Shown here piece after piece: positions 17,980-28,466 of a stretch of 64,000 nucleotides of DNA. A model generated the notes under the pieces. The model saw only the letters and a program-made list of their open reading frames with translations, ran no database searches and was not told the DNA's origin. Positions within the stretch are counted from its first letter, which is position 1. Each line of letters opens with the position of its first letter. Origin of the DNA: an uncultured Candidatus Saccharibacteria bacterium (GTDB taxonomy: Bacteria > Patescibacteriota > Minisyncoccia > UBA6257 > 2-01-FULL-56-20); the NCBI GenBank assembly GCA_964361095.1, contig CAYHZA010000001.1:1456-65455 (forward strand), read 5' to 3'. The position numbers and the translations under genes are program-made.

Positions 17980-20421
17980 TTACATACACCTCGAGAATCC
18001 GCAATTCTTGCAACTCATACACCCCTCGCTCATTTGAAGATGCCCACCGCAATCGGGACAACCGGGCATGTAGCCGAAGTCGGCAATTGATTTTTTGAGA
18101 TATACGGCGGTTAAGTCTTTTTCCGCGTGTACGCTTACGGTTTGTTCTATCTTCTCCGGTTCCAAAAGAGGAGTGGATGATTCAGGATTTGATGAGCGCA
18201 CATGTTCTTCAAGTATTTGGCCGATGGCATCCGGAAGAGAAAGAATAGTTCCCTTGTTCGTCATCGTCGGCATCGGCCCCCGGATTCCCTTTAGGTTCTC
18301 AATGACCTCTTCTACTTTAATTCCCGCGCGTAAGGCAACCGAAATCATGCGGCAGATTCCCTCGCTCTGCTCCTGAAAGAATCCTCCGCTTTTTCCGATG
18401 ACCGCGAACACCTCGAACGGAGCGTCATGTTCGTCGTTATTGATCGTAACGTAGAGATTGCCGTAGCCGGTTTTTACTTTGTATGTTTTTCCGGCCATAA
18501 CTTCCGGTCGCTTCCTCGTTTCAAGCTTTCCTTCGTCAATAGAGAGGTCAACTTGATTATCCTGATTTTTCTTCGTGCCAAATTCCGTCGGCGACTTAAT
18601 GTTCGCGCTCTCGAGATTTAAGATTTGTACCTCACGACTTCCGTCGCGATATACCGTCGCGCTTTTACACTTCATTTTCCAGGCGAGAATATAGCCGTTC
18701 CGTACGTCTTCTTTGGTGGCGCTGTTGGGGAAGTTGATGGTCTTTGAGATCGAATTATCAACATTCTTTTGGAAAGCCGCCTGCATGCGCATGTGATCCT
18801 CGGCGGAGATATCCATCGCCACGATAAATGTCTTCCGAAATTCTTCGGGAATGTCTTGAACCCCTTGGATGCTTCCTGTATTCGCGATTGCCGCGTTAAT
18901 CTCATTCCTTTTCTCCTCGCTTATGTTGTATTTTTGAAAAGCGGCCACAAAATGGCGGTTTAAGTAGGGGTATTGATGTCCGTCTTTATCTTGCTTGATA
19001 TAAGAGAGGGCAAAATTGGGCTCGATACCCGAGGAGCAGTCAAACATCATGGAAATCGATCCGGTTGGCGCGACAGTCGTGAGGGCCGCATTACGCATCT
19101 TTATATTATCTTTCGCGTAAATGCTTACATTTAAATTTGCGAAAGCGCCCTTTTCTTCCGCGAGTTCCCGAGACATCTCATGCGCCGCGTCGGTTATCGT
19201 CTTCATTACTTTTTCCCCGGTTTTTTGACCTTCGGGAGAGTTATAGGGAATGTTCAACTGATAGAGCATGTCCGCAAAGCCCATGATACCCAAGCCAATT
19301 CTTCTGTTCTTTTTGGCGAGATCGGTAACTTGTTGAACCGGAAAATCAAAAAGATCAATGACATTGTCCATGAGCCGTGTAGCGGTGCGTGTTACGTGGC
19401 GCAGATGATTCCAGTCGATTTTTCCGTTGTTCACGAATACCGATAAATTGATGGATCCGAGGTTGCAGTTGTCGTAGTGATGGAGGAATTGTTCTCCGCA
19501 GGGATTCGAACAGTCAATGGGTCCCAAGCCGGGCAGGGGATTTGTGCGGTTCACTTCGTCGATAAAAACAATTCCCGGTTCTCCGTTTCGCCATGCGTAA
19601 GTTACGATCTCGTCAAAAAGTTCTCCTGCGGTAATATCAATTTCTTCCGCGCCGCTTACCGAGCCGTTTCCTCCTCGGATAACGCGGTGCGGTTTTGTCT
19701 TGACCCCGTTCCACTCGCAATACCACTGTTGGTTTGGATTTTCGACGAGGGTCTTCATGAACGCGTCCGTCAGTTTTATCGAAATATTAAAATTGCGGAT
19801 TTCTCCCTCTACCTCTTTGGCGCGGATGAAATCCAAAACATCCGGATGGTCGATCTGCATCATCGCCATATTCGCGCCGTGGCGCCCCTGTTGTTTAATG
19901 ACGCCGAACGCTTCGTTGTAAACCTTGAGGAACGAAACAGGACCCGAAGAAACACCGTTTGATTTTTTCGTTGTCGTCATCGCGGGTCGGAGATGCGAAA
20001 AATCAAATCCCAACCCGGAGCCGGCTTGTTGTAGGCGCGCGGAATCTTTGAGTGTTTGAAAGATACTCTCCATCGAATCGAGAATAGGAAGTACGATGCA
20101 GTTCGCGATAAGGGGTGTCGAGCCACCGGCGTTCGTCATCGTGCGTCCCGCGGGCGTGTATTCCTTCGATGCCATGATATCGAAGAACTCACGTTCTGTT
20201 TTTGAGATGAATTTCTTGTCATGTCCGTAATTTTTCTCGACGGAAGCCAAAGCATGAGCGACGCGTCCGAACATTTCCGCGGGCGATTCCTGTGAACCGT
20301 CATCCCGTTTTAAAAGATAGCGTTTTTTGAGCATACGAAGAGAATTATCTGAAAAAGATGCGTTAATTTTTTCGTACGTTGCCGCTTTTGACTTGCTCGA
20401 GACATTTTTCTCTACGCTCAT
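17980..20421 (-). CDS. nrdJ: Adenosylcobalamin-dependent (class II) ribonucleotide reductase with TSCPD domain
   Basis: NPCGEQ, CNLGSIN, RRIGLGIMG, TVAPTGSIS; C-terminal CPDC..CKNCGFSRC. Confidence 0.93.
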   Translation of the reverse strand: MSVEKNVSSKSKAATYEKINASFSDNSLRMLKKRYLLKRDDGSQESPAEMFGRVAHALASVEKNYGHDKKFISKTEREFFDIMASKEYTPAGRTMTNAGGSTPLIANCIVLPILDSMESIFQTLKDSARLQQAGSGLGFDFSHLRPAMTTTKKSNGVSSGPVSFLKVYNEAFGVIKQQGRHGANMAMMQIDHPDVLDFIRAKEVEGEIRNFNISIKLTDAFMKTLVENPNQQWYCEWNGVKTKPHRVIRGGNGSVSGAEEIDITAGELFDEIVTYAWRNGEPGIVFIDEVNRTNPLPGLGPIDCSNPCGEQFLHHYDNCNLGSINLSVFVNNGKIDWNHLRHVTRTATRLMDNVIDLFDFPVQQVTDLAKKNRRIGLGIMGFADMLYQLNIPYNSPEGQKTGEKVMKTITDAAHEMSRELAEEKGAFANLNVSIYAKDNIKMRNAALTTVAPTGSISMMFDCSSGIEPNFALSYIKQDKDGHQYPYLNRHFVAAFQKYNISEEKRNEINAAIANTGSIQGVQDIPEEFRKTFIVAMDISAEDHMRMQAAFQKNVDNSISKTINFPNSATKEDVRNGYILAWKMKCKSATVYRDGSREVQILNLESANIKSPTEFGTKKNQDNQVDLSIDEGKLETRKRPEVMAGKTYKVKTGYGNLYVTINNDEHDAPFEVFAVIGKSGGFFQEQSEGICRMISVALRAGIKVEEVIENLKGIRGPMPTMTNKGTILSLPDAIGQILEEHVRSSNPESSTPLLEPEKIEQTVSVHAEKDLTAVYLKKSIADFGYMPGCPDCGGHLQMSEGCMSCKNCGFSRCM

Positions 20422-20801
20422 GGTGGTGTGTTGTGTTTAGTTTTTGCCGTGTCAGGTAAATGATCTGGCCGCGGATTGTTTTGACCTTGTTGGTACATTC
20501 TACCACCTTGTTTTTTGCGAGGGAGTGGATAAATTCTTGTCAAAAATTTAGAAAGTTGCTGTAATGTCTCTTCCGGCCATTTCTGTCGGGCGCGATGGTG
20601 GAGAATGCTCGCTCCCCAACTTTTTTTAAGAGCAATTTTCTATCACGCGTCTGTCGCGAAAAAGATCCCCAATCTTCCATTGGTTGATTTTGGTCCTTGA
20701 CAGGTAATCCCGAGGGCCCTTTTCCGTTTTTGCGCCCTAAGAAAGAACACCCGAGAGCATTTTTTAGGAAATAAATCCTTGTTTGTGGCTCGTATCATAT
20801 T

Positions 20802-22340
20802 TTGTTAGAGTTTAGAGATATTTCCATGGTGAGTAATCCTTCACGAAGGGTTTTCGGGAAAAAAAACGGCGCGATAAGTTCTGGAATAGTTTTGGTGTTC
20901 GGCGCGATCACTCTTTTGGTTCTTGGAGGACTGATATTCGGAAAAAATTTCATCGGTCAGACGGCAAATCTTATCGATCAGTCACTGGAAGATGTTTTTT
21001 CGGGCAAAGGAGCTACTCCTGTGTTTGAGATAGCGCTTGAGGGATCGTTCCGCCTTCCGAATATAAGCACGACATCCGATAGCGGCGATAAAAAAGAAGA
21101 CGCGAGCGGTTTGCCCGTCGCGAAAAGCGAAAATCGTCCGGAAAAGAATAAAACTATTTCATCGCTCGGCGGTTCTCGCGTCTCGTCTTCTCCGTCTTCG
21201 GCATCTTTGTCGGCCGGAGGAACGACAACTTCTCAAAAAAATATAGTTCATACTCCGATAGCGAATGAAGATCCGGTTCTTCCCGTGCCTCAAGTAGCGC
21301 CGGTGTGTGACTTCTCGGGAACTCTTGCGCCAAGCCACACGGTTCTCGTGAGCGAGATCGCGTGGATGGGAGGAAGCGGGAGCACGAATGACGAATGGAT
21401 GGAACTGAAGAATAATATTTCAGACGCGGTTCATCTCGCGCGTTGGCAACTCATAAACCAAAGTGGCGGAATCAAAATTGTTTTTAAGAGTAACGCGCAG
21501 ATAAAAAGCGGAGGATTATATCTTTTGGAACGAAGTGATGACGTGACTGTTCCGAATATTGCCGCTGACGCGATTTACAGCGGAGCGCTTTCGAATAGCG
21601 GTGAATGGCTGAAACTTTTTGACGATACGTGCCGACTTGTTGACGAACTCGACGCGTCGTCGGGGTGGGGAGCAACCGGTGGCGATAACACGACAAAGCA
21701 GACGCTCGAGAGAAATACTTCTGATCTTGCGTGGCACACAAGTGTCATAAGCGGTGGAACCCCCCGCGCGCACAATTCTTTGCCATCGTCATCATCTCCT
21801 GCGCCACAACCTTCGTCACCTCCGCCGGCGTCCCCGACGCCACCACCAAATCCTTCGCCACCTCCTCTTCCCATACCTCCACCAGTAAGTTCAGGAACAC
21901 ATATAGTAATTAGTGAAATTCTTGCGGGAATTGACGGGAATGCGGATTATGAGTTTATTGAGCTCTATAATCCAACAGAGGATTCGATTAATCTTGCGGG
22001 CTGGGAGCTGCGGAAACAATCGTCTTCGGGAAGCGAAAGCAATGTGGTCGACAATGGGAAATTTACGGGAATGATTCCCGCGCATGGCTATTTTTTGATC
22101 GCAAATCCGGCATATAACGGCGCGCCAGGCGCTGATCTTCTTTATTCCGTGACCTCGGCTGCGCTTGCGTATACTTCGAATACAGTTCTGCTCTATAGCG
22201 GAGACTATGTCTCTTCGCCGGTCGTGGATCAAGTAAGCTGGGCAGAGATCCCCAAAGATCAAAGCTATACGCGCGACCTTGCTACGGGAAATTTTGCTTT
22301 AAATGCCAATCCGACCCCGCAGAACGCACAAAATCTCTAA
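20802..22340 (+). CDS. Membrane-anchored protein with two lamin-tail domains and a Pro/Ser-rich linker
   Basis: VSEIAWMG..DEWMELKN and ISEI...EFIELYNPT motifs; poly-Pro linker. Confidence 0.8.
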   Translation: MLEFRDISMVSNPSRRVFGKKNGAISSGIVLVFGAITLLVLGGLIFGKNFIGQTANLIDQSLEDVFSGKGATPVFEIALEGSFRLPNISTTSDSGDKKEDASGLPVAKSENRPEKNKTISSLGGSRVSSSPSSASLSAGGTTTSQKNIVHTPIANEDPVLPVPQVAPVCDFSGTLAPSHTVLVSEIAWMGGSGSTNDEWMELKNNISDAVHLARWQLINQSGGIKIVFKSNAQIKSGGLYLLERSDDVTVPNIAADAIYSGALSNSGEWLKLFDDTCRLVDELDASSGWGATGGDNTTKQTLERNTSDLAWHTSVISGGTPRAHNSLPSSSSPAPQPSSPPPASPTPPPNPSPPPLPIPPPVSSGTHIVISEILAGIDGNADYEFIELYNPTEDSINLAGWELRKQSSSGSESNVVDNGKFTGMIPAHGYFLIANPAYNGAPGADLLYSVTSAALAYTSNTVLLYSGDYVSSPVVDQVSWAEIPKDQSYTRDLATGNFALNANPTPQNAQNL

Positions 22341-22818
22341 ATTCAGGCGCATTGAGCTTGTGGTTGTGCTTCATAATATAAGAAGTCTTCACAATGTCGG
22401 CTCGATTTTTCGCACCGCAGAGGCGGCAGGTGTCAAAACCCTGTATCTTACGGGTATTACTCCTGCTCCAATAGATCGATTCGGGAAATTGATACCCTCA
22501 TTTGCCAAGGTTTCTTTAGGCGCGGAAAAAACGGTTGTTTGGGAAAAAGTTTCCTCAATCGTTGCGACGGCGCGAAAAGTGCGCAAGGAAGGGTACAAAA
22601 TATGCGCGGTGGAGCAGTCGAAACATTCAATACCGTTTTATACATTCAAAAGAAAGATCGGGAAAACAGCCCTCATTCTGGGAAACGAAGTGAGGGGATT
22701 GCCGAAAGGTGTTCTCGGGCTTGCCGATCATATTATCGAAATTCCGATGCATGGCAAAAAAGAATCGTTAAATGTCGGCGTCGCGGCGGGAATTGTAATT
22801 TTCGGTTTTCTCTATTAA
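22303..22818 (+). CDS. TrmH/SpoU family RNA methyltransferase
   Basis: HNVGSIFRTA, LGNEVRG, ESLNVGVA. Confidence 0.9.
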   Translation: MPIRPRRTHKISKFRRIELVVVLHNIRSLHNVGSIFRTAEAAGVKTLYLTGITPAPIDRFGKLIPSFAKVSLGAEKTVVWEKVSSIVATARKVRKEGYKICAVEQSKHSIPFYTFKRKIGKTALILGNEVRGLPKGVLGLADHIIEIPMHGKKESLNVGVAAGIVIFGFLY

Positions 22819-22859
22819 ATAAATTTACTCCACCGCAGAGTGGCAACGGTTTGAAGGTT

Positions 22860-23135
22860 AAAATAAAAACACTCCCTATGTTTGGAGAGTGTCGATGGGA
22901 CAGTAAGAAAAAATTTTGCAGGAGGAGGAACGCCACGATCCTCCTCCTGCTTTGAAGTCGCGCGAGTCAATCATACTGGACCGAGTGATTAGAACTCGCT
23001 GGACCTCTTGTGCTCTATCGGCCCCTGTCCTAGGCCCCATTGCCTAAAAAACCGATAGAGGTGCAATGTGCCAGATTTCCAGCTTCCCAACCCCCCTGCC
23101 AAGAAAGTCGGGTTAATGGATAACTAGCAACAGAA
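22860..23135 (-). ncRNA. Candidate structured non-coding RNA (unassigned)
   Basis: Minus-strand promoter TTGACA(23168)-17-TATCAT, four or more hairpins, and a terminal stem (22869-22892) with T-run. Confidence 0.45.
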
Positions 23136-23269
23136 GGATATGATAAACTATTAATCTTATTTTGTCAATCCATGTTGGAAATATCATTTTTCACGGGGTA
23201 ACGGGGAGTGTTTTGGGGTATACTATAAGAGAGGATTTGTTTTTACGCAGTCGTCCCAAAGGCATCCCG

Positions 23270-23752
23270 ATGAAAAAATTGATCATTCTTATTTCACTTT
23301 TGCTCGGAGTTGCGGCGCTTTTCCTTTTTGCCTATTTTTATGTTTTCTTTTTGAATCCGGGTCGATTCGATTACGATAAAGTTTCTCTCGCGATTCGCAA
23401 TAAGATTTTTTCCGTGGAGATCGCCGATACGATGCCAAAGCGCGCGCAGGGGCTTTCCGGGCGGACGAGTTTCGGTGAGAGCGAAGGAATGCTTTTTATT
23501 TTTAAAACAGCTTCATCAACGCATAATTTTTGGATGAAAGATATGAGGATCCCTTTGGATATTGTTTGGATTCGCGGCACTACGATTGTCGGGTTTGCGG
23601 AGAACGCAGAGCCGGAACCGGAAAAACCTTTATGGGGGCTTACTATCTACTATCCGCCGGAGCCCGTGGACAAGGTTTTGGAAATCAATGCCGGTTTGGT
23701 AAAAAAATATGGTTTTGCGATAGGCGATAAGATTGATGTAAAGAAACGATGA
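23270..23752 (+). CDS. DUF192 family protein
   Basis: VEIADT..RAQGLSGR, GMLFIF, FWMKDMRIPLDIVW, VLEINAG. Confidence 0.9.
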   Translation: MKKLIILISLLLGVAALFLFAYFYVFFLNPGRFDYDKVSLAIRNKIFSVEIADTMPKRAQGLSGRTSFGESEGMLFIFKTASSTHNFWMKDMRIPLDIVWIRGTTIVGFAENAEPEPEKPLWGLTIYYPPEPVDKVLEINAGLVKKYGFAIGDKIDVKKR

Positions 23753-23837
23753 TAGTGGCTATGGAGAGAAGACAAAGCAATAGTGGTATAATTAAGAAGA
23801 TGACTCTTGTCCGCACGGGGTTTAATGGTTTCAAAAA

Positions 23838-24290
23838 ATGACTAAACGTAACATTCTTGATGTAGCGATTTTTTTTCTGGGGTATCTTTTGATGCTGCTT
23901 TTATTTTTTCTTCAGGGTTCTGTTCTTCTTCCCTCCTCGGTATATGAGAAATTTTTTGGACACAGCATGTGGGCTGATATAGTAGGCATTTTACTCCCAC
24001 TCCTTGTCGTTTTTATTCTCGCAGTTCGTCACTGGCAAGAAGGTCTAGGACGCATAGTGAAGTCGTTTAGTTTTATTGTGTTTTTTTTGGGTTACCTTGC
24101 TACAGCTTTGGCCATCGCTTTTTTAAATTTTTCCCAATATTTCCCTATGACGCGATGGGCATGTGACGAACTTGCTGCAATTGGGTGCGTATTATATGTT
24201 ATAGCTAGTTTTTTTACCGCTTTCATAGGGAGTATTATGGTGAGTGTTAAGATTATTCGACAAGTTCCCATCCAGAATAAAAATAATTAA
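23838..24290 (+). CDS. Hypothetical membrane protein
   Basis: Four hydrophobic segments; low GC. Confidence 0.6.
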   Translation: MTKRNILDVAIFFLGYLLMLLLFFLQGSVLLPSSVYEKFFGHSMWADIVGILLPLLVVFILAVRHWQEGLGRIVKSFSFIVFFLGYLATALAIAFLNFSQYFPMTRWACDELAAIGCVLYVIASFFTAFIGSIMVSVKIIRQVPIQNKNN

Positions 24291-25336
24291 TGGCGAATCC
24301 CGTACGCATAGGCCTCAATGGTTTCGGCAGAATCGGTCGTTTATTCTTACGGCAAGCTTTGGAACGGCCGGAGTTTGAGATTGTCGCGATCAATGACTTG
24401 GGCGATCTCGAAAACCTCGCCTATTTGGTGAAATATGACACGGTCTACGGCCACTATCAGAAAGAAATAAAAATCGACAAGGAAAAGAATCTGCTTATTG
24501 TTGCCGGAAAGCCGATAAAGATACTACAAGTAAAGGACCCTCTGGAACTTCCTTGGAGGGATTTGGATATTCATATCGCGGTTGAAGCGACGGGTTTTTT
24601 TGAATCATACGAAAAAGCAAAGGCGCATATTACCGCGGGAGCGAAGCGTGCGGTCATTACCGCGCCCGCGAAGGATCCGGATGGCGCTCCGCCAGACGGC
24701 GGAGGAAAAACGGTTCTCATGGGCGTAAATGAAGGCGAGTTAAAGTCTGCGGTTATAACCTCGAACGGCTCGTGTACCACGAATGCCGCATCGCCTGTAA
24801 TCCAAGTACTTTCCGAAAATCCGGGGATAGCGAAGGCGATCCTGAACACGGTTCACGGGTATACGGCGACGCAGAATATCGTTGATGGTCCAGTGAAAGG
24901 TGGGCATGATTTTCGTCGCGGCCGCACGGCATCGCAGAACATCGTGCCGTCAACGACGGGTTCGGCGATCGCGGTCGCGCGCGCGATTCCCGAAATGAAC
25001 GGAAAATTCGACGGCATAGCGTTGCGCGTGCCGGTTCCGACCGGTTCGATCGCGGATATAACCTTTGTCGCGAAACGAAAGACGAGTGTGGAGGAGATCA
25101 ACAAAATTCTGAAAGACGCGGCGGCGAGCCCGAGATGGCAGGGAATTTTAACGGTGAGCGAAGATCAGCTCGTCTCCTCGGATATTATCGGGATGCCCTA
25201 CGGCGCGATTGTAGATTTGAATTTCACGAAGGTTATAGACGGAGATTTGGTAAAGGTACTTTCATGGTATGACAACGAATGGGGGTATGTATCAACCTTA
25301 GTAAGACATTTATTGCGCGTCGCGGAAATTTTATAG
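24290..25336 (+). CDS. gap: Glyceraldehyde-3-phosphate dehydrogenase type I
   Basis: GLNGFGRIGR, SNGSCTTN, SWYDNEWGY. Confidence 0.97.
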   Translation: MANPVRIGLNGFGRIGRLFLRQALERPEFEIVAINDLGDLENLAYLVKYDTVYGHYQKEIKIDKEKNLLIVAGKPIKILQVKDPLELPWRDLDIHIAVEATGFFESYEKAKAHITAGAKRAVITAPAKDPDGAPPDGGGKTVLMGVNEGELKSAVITSNGSCTTNAASPVIQVLSENPGIAKAILNTVHGYTATQNIVDGPVKGGHDFRRGRTASQNIVPSTTGSAIAVARAIPEMNGKFDGIALRVPVPTGSIADITFVAKRKTSVEEINKILKDAAASPRWQGILTVSEDQLVSSDIIGMPYGAIVDLNFTKVIDGDLVKVLSWYDNEWGYVSTLVRHLLRVAEIL

Positions 25337-25473
25337 CAATAAATGAAAGCTATGATTGCTATTTTTACGTCATGGCGGGAGATATTCGGTGGAAGTATCA
25401 AAACGAAGAAAATCAATTTAAGGGGAAGTACTTAGTTTCTTTTGCGAATGAAGTGGAATAGGATATTGCTATT

Positions 25474-26562
25474 GTGTTTATCGCGGCGATAGTGAAACAT
25501 CGGGTATGGCTGGTAGCGACGGTATTTTTCTTTGCATTAGGAATTTGGGGTGTTGTGTTGAGTTTACAAACTCGTCATGTATTTGAAGAGTCTTTCCGCG
25601 CAAGAGTTTCTGCCGCATTCTTGAGTACGAAGGTCTTTTCGAACGAGGTTATAGCAAAAGACGAAAAAGAAATTTCCCTCCTTTTCGTTGGCGACGTGAT
25701 GCTCTCTCGCGCGGTGGGACGGAGGATTGAAAAAGAGCAGGATTCTAACTACCCGTTTTTGAAGATTGTCGACACTCTACGCGCTGCGGATATTGCGTTC
25801 GGTAATTTAGAAGGTCCCATTTCCGCCCGTGGTGAAAATCAGGGAAGCGAATATTCATTTCGCGCCGATCCGCAGGTCGTTCACGGATTGAAGTTCGCAG
25901 GTTTTGATGTGATGTCGGTTGCGAACAATCATATTTTGGACTGGGGAGGTGAAGCGCTTGCGGACACGGTCGATATTCTAAATACAAATGGTATTCGTTC
26001 TCTTGGAGCGGGGAAAAATAACAAGGACGCGAACGCGCCCTATGTTTTTACCATGGGGGATAACAGGATCGTTTTTTTTGGATTCACGACGCTTTATCCG
26101 AAAAGTTTGGAAGCGGGGGATGATTCGGCGGGGATCAGCTCATTCAATCTTTTACGGGTAAAAAGTGAAATTACCGAAATAAAAAAATCAAACTTGGATA
26201 CTATAGTAATTGTTTCCTTCCATTGGGGTGACGAGTATGAGATGAAGGCAAACGAGAAGCAGCGCGAAATCGCTCATGCTTTGATCGACGCCGGAGTGGA
26301 CTTGATTGTTGGGCATCATCCCCATGTGATTCAGGAAGTTGAGCGATACAGCCCTTCGACAAACTCAGGGTCGTCCTCTCGGACGAGTTGGATTGCGTAT
26401 AGCTTGGGCAATTTTATTTTTGACCAGAATTTTTCCCAAGAAACGCAGGAGGGGCTTATGTTGAAGGTTGGGGTGCGGCACGGGAAAATATCAAGCGTAA
26501 GAGAAGATAAGATTTCAATTTCCCCGTCATTTCAGGCATCCCTTGTAGAAGATTTTGAATAA
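25474..26562 (+). CDS. CapA family metallophosphoesterase
   Basis: VGDVMLSR, GNLEGP, ANNHILD, HWGDEY, GHHPHV, YSLGNF. Confidence 0.92.
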   Translation: MFIAAIVKHRVWLVATVFFFALGIWGVVLSLQTRHVFEESFRARVSAAFLSTKVFSNEVIAKDEKEISLLFVGDVMLSRAVGRRIEKEQDSNYPFLKIVDTLRAADIAFGNLEGPISARGENQGSEYSFRADPQVVHGLKFAGFDVMSVANNHILDWGGEALADTVDILNTNGIRSLGAGKNNKDANAPYVFTMGDNRIVFFGFTTLYPKSLEAGDDSAGISSFNLLRVKSEITEIKKSNLDTIVIVSFHWGDEYEMKANEKQREIAHALIDAGVDLIVGHHPHVIQEVERYSPSTNSGSSSRTSWIAYSLGNFIFDQNFSQETQEGLMLKVGVRHGKISSVREDKISISPSFQASLVEDFE

Positions 26563-26661
26563 AGGAATTTTACATGTAAAACTATTTTTTATGAGGCGTA
26601 GTATGTGGTACGATGAAAGCAATAATAAAATAATCATTAAAATCCAATTGATATCAATAGG

Positions 26662-28377
26662 ATGTCGTATAAAAAATACTTAGTCGCGGTTTTCTCGTTG
26701 GCAATCCTTGCGTTGCCTCTTTTTTCGCTTGCCCAAACAGTCGGAACCGGCAACGAAGCGCTTCAGGCGCAGATTCAAGAACTCTTGAATCAAGTACAAA
26801 CATTGCAGACGCAATTGAACCAAGTGCCGCAAAACGAACTACCTCGAACTATTCCGAGTTCTATTGTGCAATCCGCCTCTTCTATGGCAGAGCTTCAATT
26901 CTGTTATGATTTTACCGCTAACCTCAAGGTGGGAAACCGGGGCGAAGGGGTAGTGGCGCTTCAAAAAATATTGGATGATCAGGGATTTACGATTCCCGAA
27001 AATGAACTGAAATCTAAAACATTCGCGGAGGGAACGGCTCGCGCCGTGCGCGATTTTCAGGAAACGTACGCTTCCGAAATTCTTACTCCAGTAGGTCTTT
27101 CGGTCGGTAGCGGATTCGTGGGAAAGAACACAAGGGTGCTTCTCAATCGTTTGAGTAGTTGTAAGACCACGGATTTAAAGGGCGTTTCTCCTCTTGGCGT
27201 ATCGCTTACCGATCCACAGATCTCGAGCGAGAGATATCAGATTCCAGGAGTACCTGTCGCGCTTTCAACTTCAACGCCTTCCTTTGGAATAATAGTTGAA
27301 AAAAATACTGCATATGCAAATCCGGCATTTGGCGTAGGACACCAAAACGCAAAGATCGGCTCATACAGTTTTACGGCTTATCCGACCGAAGGGGTAAGTC
27401 TCGTGAGTGTCACTATTAGCACGGGTGGAGGCTCATCAAACTTCAAAAACTTGAAACTTAAGGATGGTGGTACCCAAATCGGTCTTACATATCCTACGCT
27501 TTCTCATAGCGCGAACTACGCATTTGTTGGAAATTCTGCCGTAATTATTCCGGCTGGCAAGACAAAAGTTCTCGATATCTATGCTGACGTGTTTTCTGGT
27601 GCACCTCTGGGAACGTATTCAAGCATCACTATACTGAATGGTTGTACCGGTACAACGGCTATAAGGGGATTGCTCATTACTTGCGGCGTGACCTTTGGAC
27701 AGGATGTCTCCACTGTTTTGCCCACGTTGACGGTTAGCTTAGACAGTAGCTCTCCTCCCGCGAGCCAAGTTGTTATGGGGTCAATTAATAACAACCTCGC
27801 GGTTTTTCGTTTTAGTGAAACCAGTAATATTGAAGACACGCAAATTACCGATCTTGTCGTTACTCAGCAAGTTCCGAATACTGCCACAAAGGTAAGTTTT
27901 ACGAATCTTGGGCTTTATAATGCGAGCTCACTCGTTGGAACCGCATTTTCGTCAGTAATAAATAATGCATACCCCTTTCCCTTTTACCGATGGAACTTCC
28001 ATTTTGTAAATCCGGTAGTTGTGTCACATGCTGGATCGATATCGCTTGTCTTGAAGGGCGATGTTGCGTCATATGCTTCAAGCGGCGCAACGGATAATAC
28101 CGCGCATGTCTTTAAGATCGCAAGCACGACCGATGTGACTGCATTGGGATCGACTTCGAATATGCGGGCACGGGTGAGTCTTGGGCTTCCGGTAAGCTAT
28201 CCGGTGGTAGTGTTGCGGACAAAACCTCCTGTTTCGGCAGCATTTCCCGAGACAATAATTGGCCATATGCCAATGCAACAAATTTTGGCATCGACAAAAT
28301 CTTTATTTCAGGAAAAATTGGACGAGATAAACAAGAATCTCCAGGAGCTTATTCGTCAATTACAGCTTCTTCGTTAG
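26662..28377 (+). CDS. Secreted protein with peptidoglycan-binding-like domain and beta-rich repeats
   Basis: Signal peptide, LQAQIQELL coil, LKVGNRGEGVVALQKIL...GFVGKNTR. Confidence 0.75.
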   Translation: MSYKKYLVAVFSLAILALPLFSLAQTVGTGNEALQAQIQELLNQVQTLQTQLNQVPQNELPRTIPSSIVQSASSMAELQFCYDFTANLKVGNRGEGVVALQKILDDQGFTIPENELKSKTFAEGTARAVRDFQETYASEILTPVGLSVGSGFVGKNTRVLLNRLSSCKTTDLKGVSPLGVSLTDPQISSERYQIPGVPVALSTSTPSFGIIVEKNTAYANPAFGVGHQNAKIGSYSFTAYPTEGVSLVSVTISTGGGSSNFKNLKLKDGGTQIGLTYPTLSHSANYAFVGNSAVIIPAGKTKVLDIYADVFSGAPLGTYSSITILNGCTGTTAIRGLLITCGVTFGQDVSTVLPTLTVSLDSSSPPASQVVMGSINNNLAVFRFSETSNIEDTQITDLVVTQQVPNTATKVSFTNLGLYNASSLVGTAFSSVINNAYPFPFYRWNFHFVNPVVVSHAGSISLVLKGDVASYASSGATDNTAHVFKIASTTDVTALGSTSNMRARVSLGLPVSYPVVVLRTKPPVSAAFPETIIGHMPMQQILASTKSLFQEKLDEINKNLQELIRQLQLLR

Positions 28378-28466
28378 AAAATTTTTTCTTTCACCCCCGC
28401 TTTGCGGGGGTTCTTTTTGTTTTCTCGCAAGGCGAATCAGAGCTTCTTGGTGTATAATAGAAGAGT

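Noticed and set aside
20430-20800. Cobalamin riboswitch or NrdR boxes upstream of nrdJ
   Set aside because: No B12-box or NrdR consensus was recognisable by eye on either strand.
21780-21890. Low-complexity CCN-rich stretch
   Set aside because: It is explained by the Pro/Ser linker between two lamin-tail domains.
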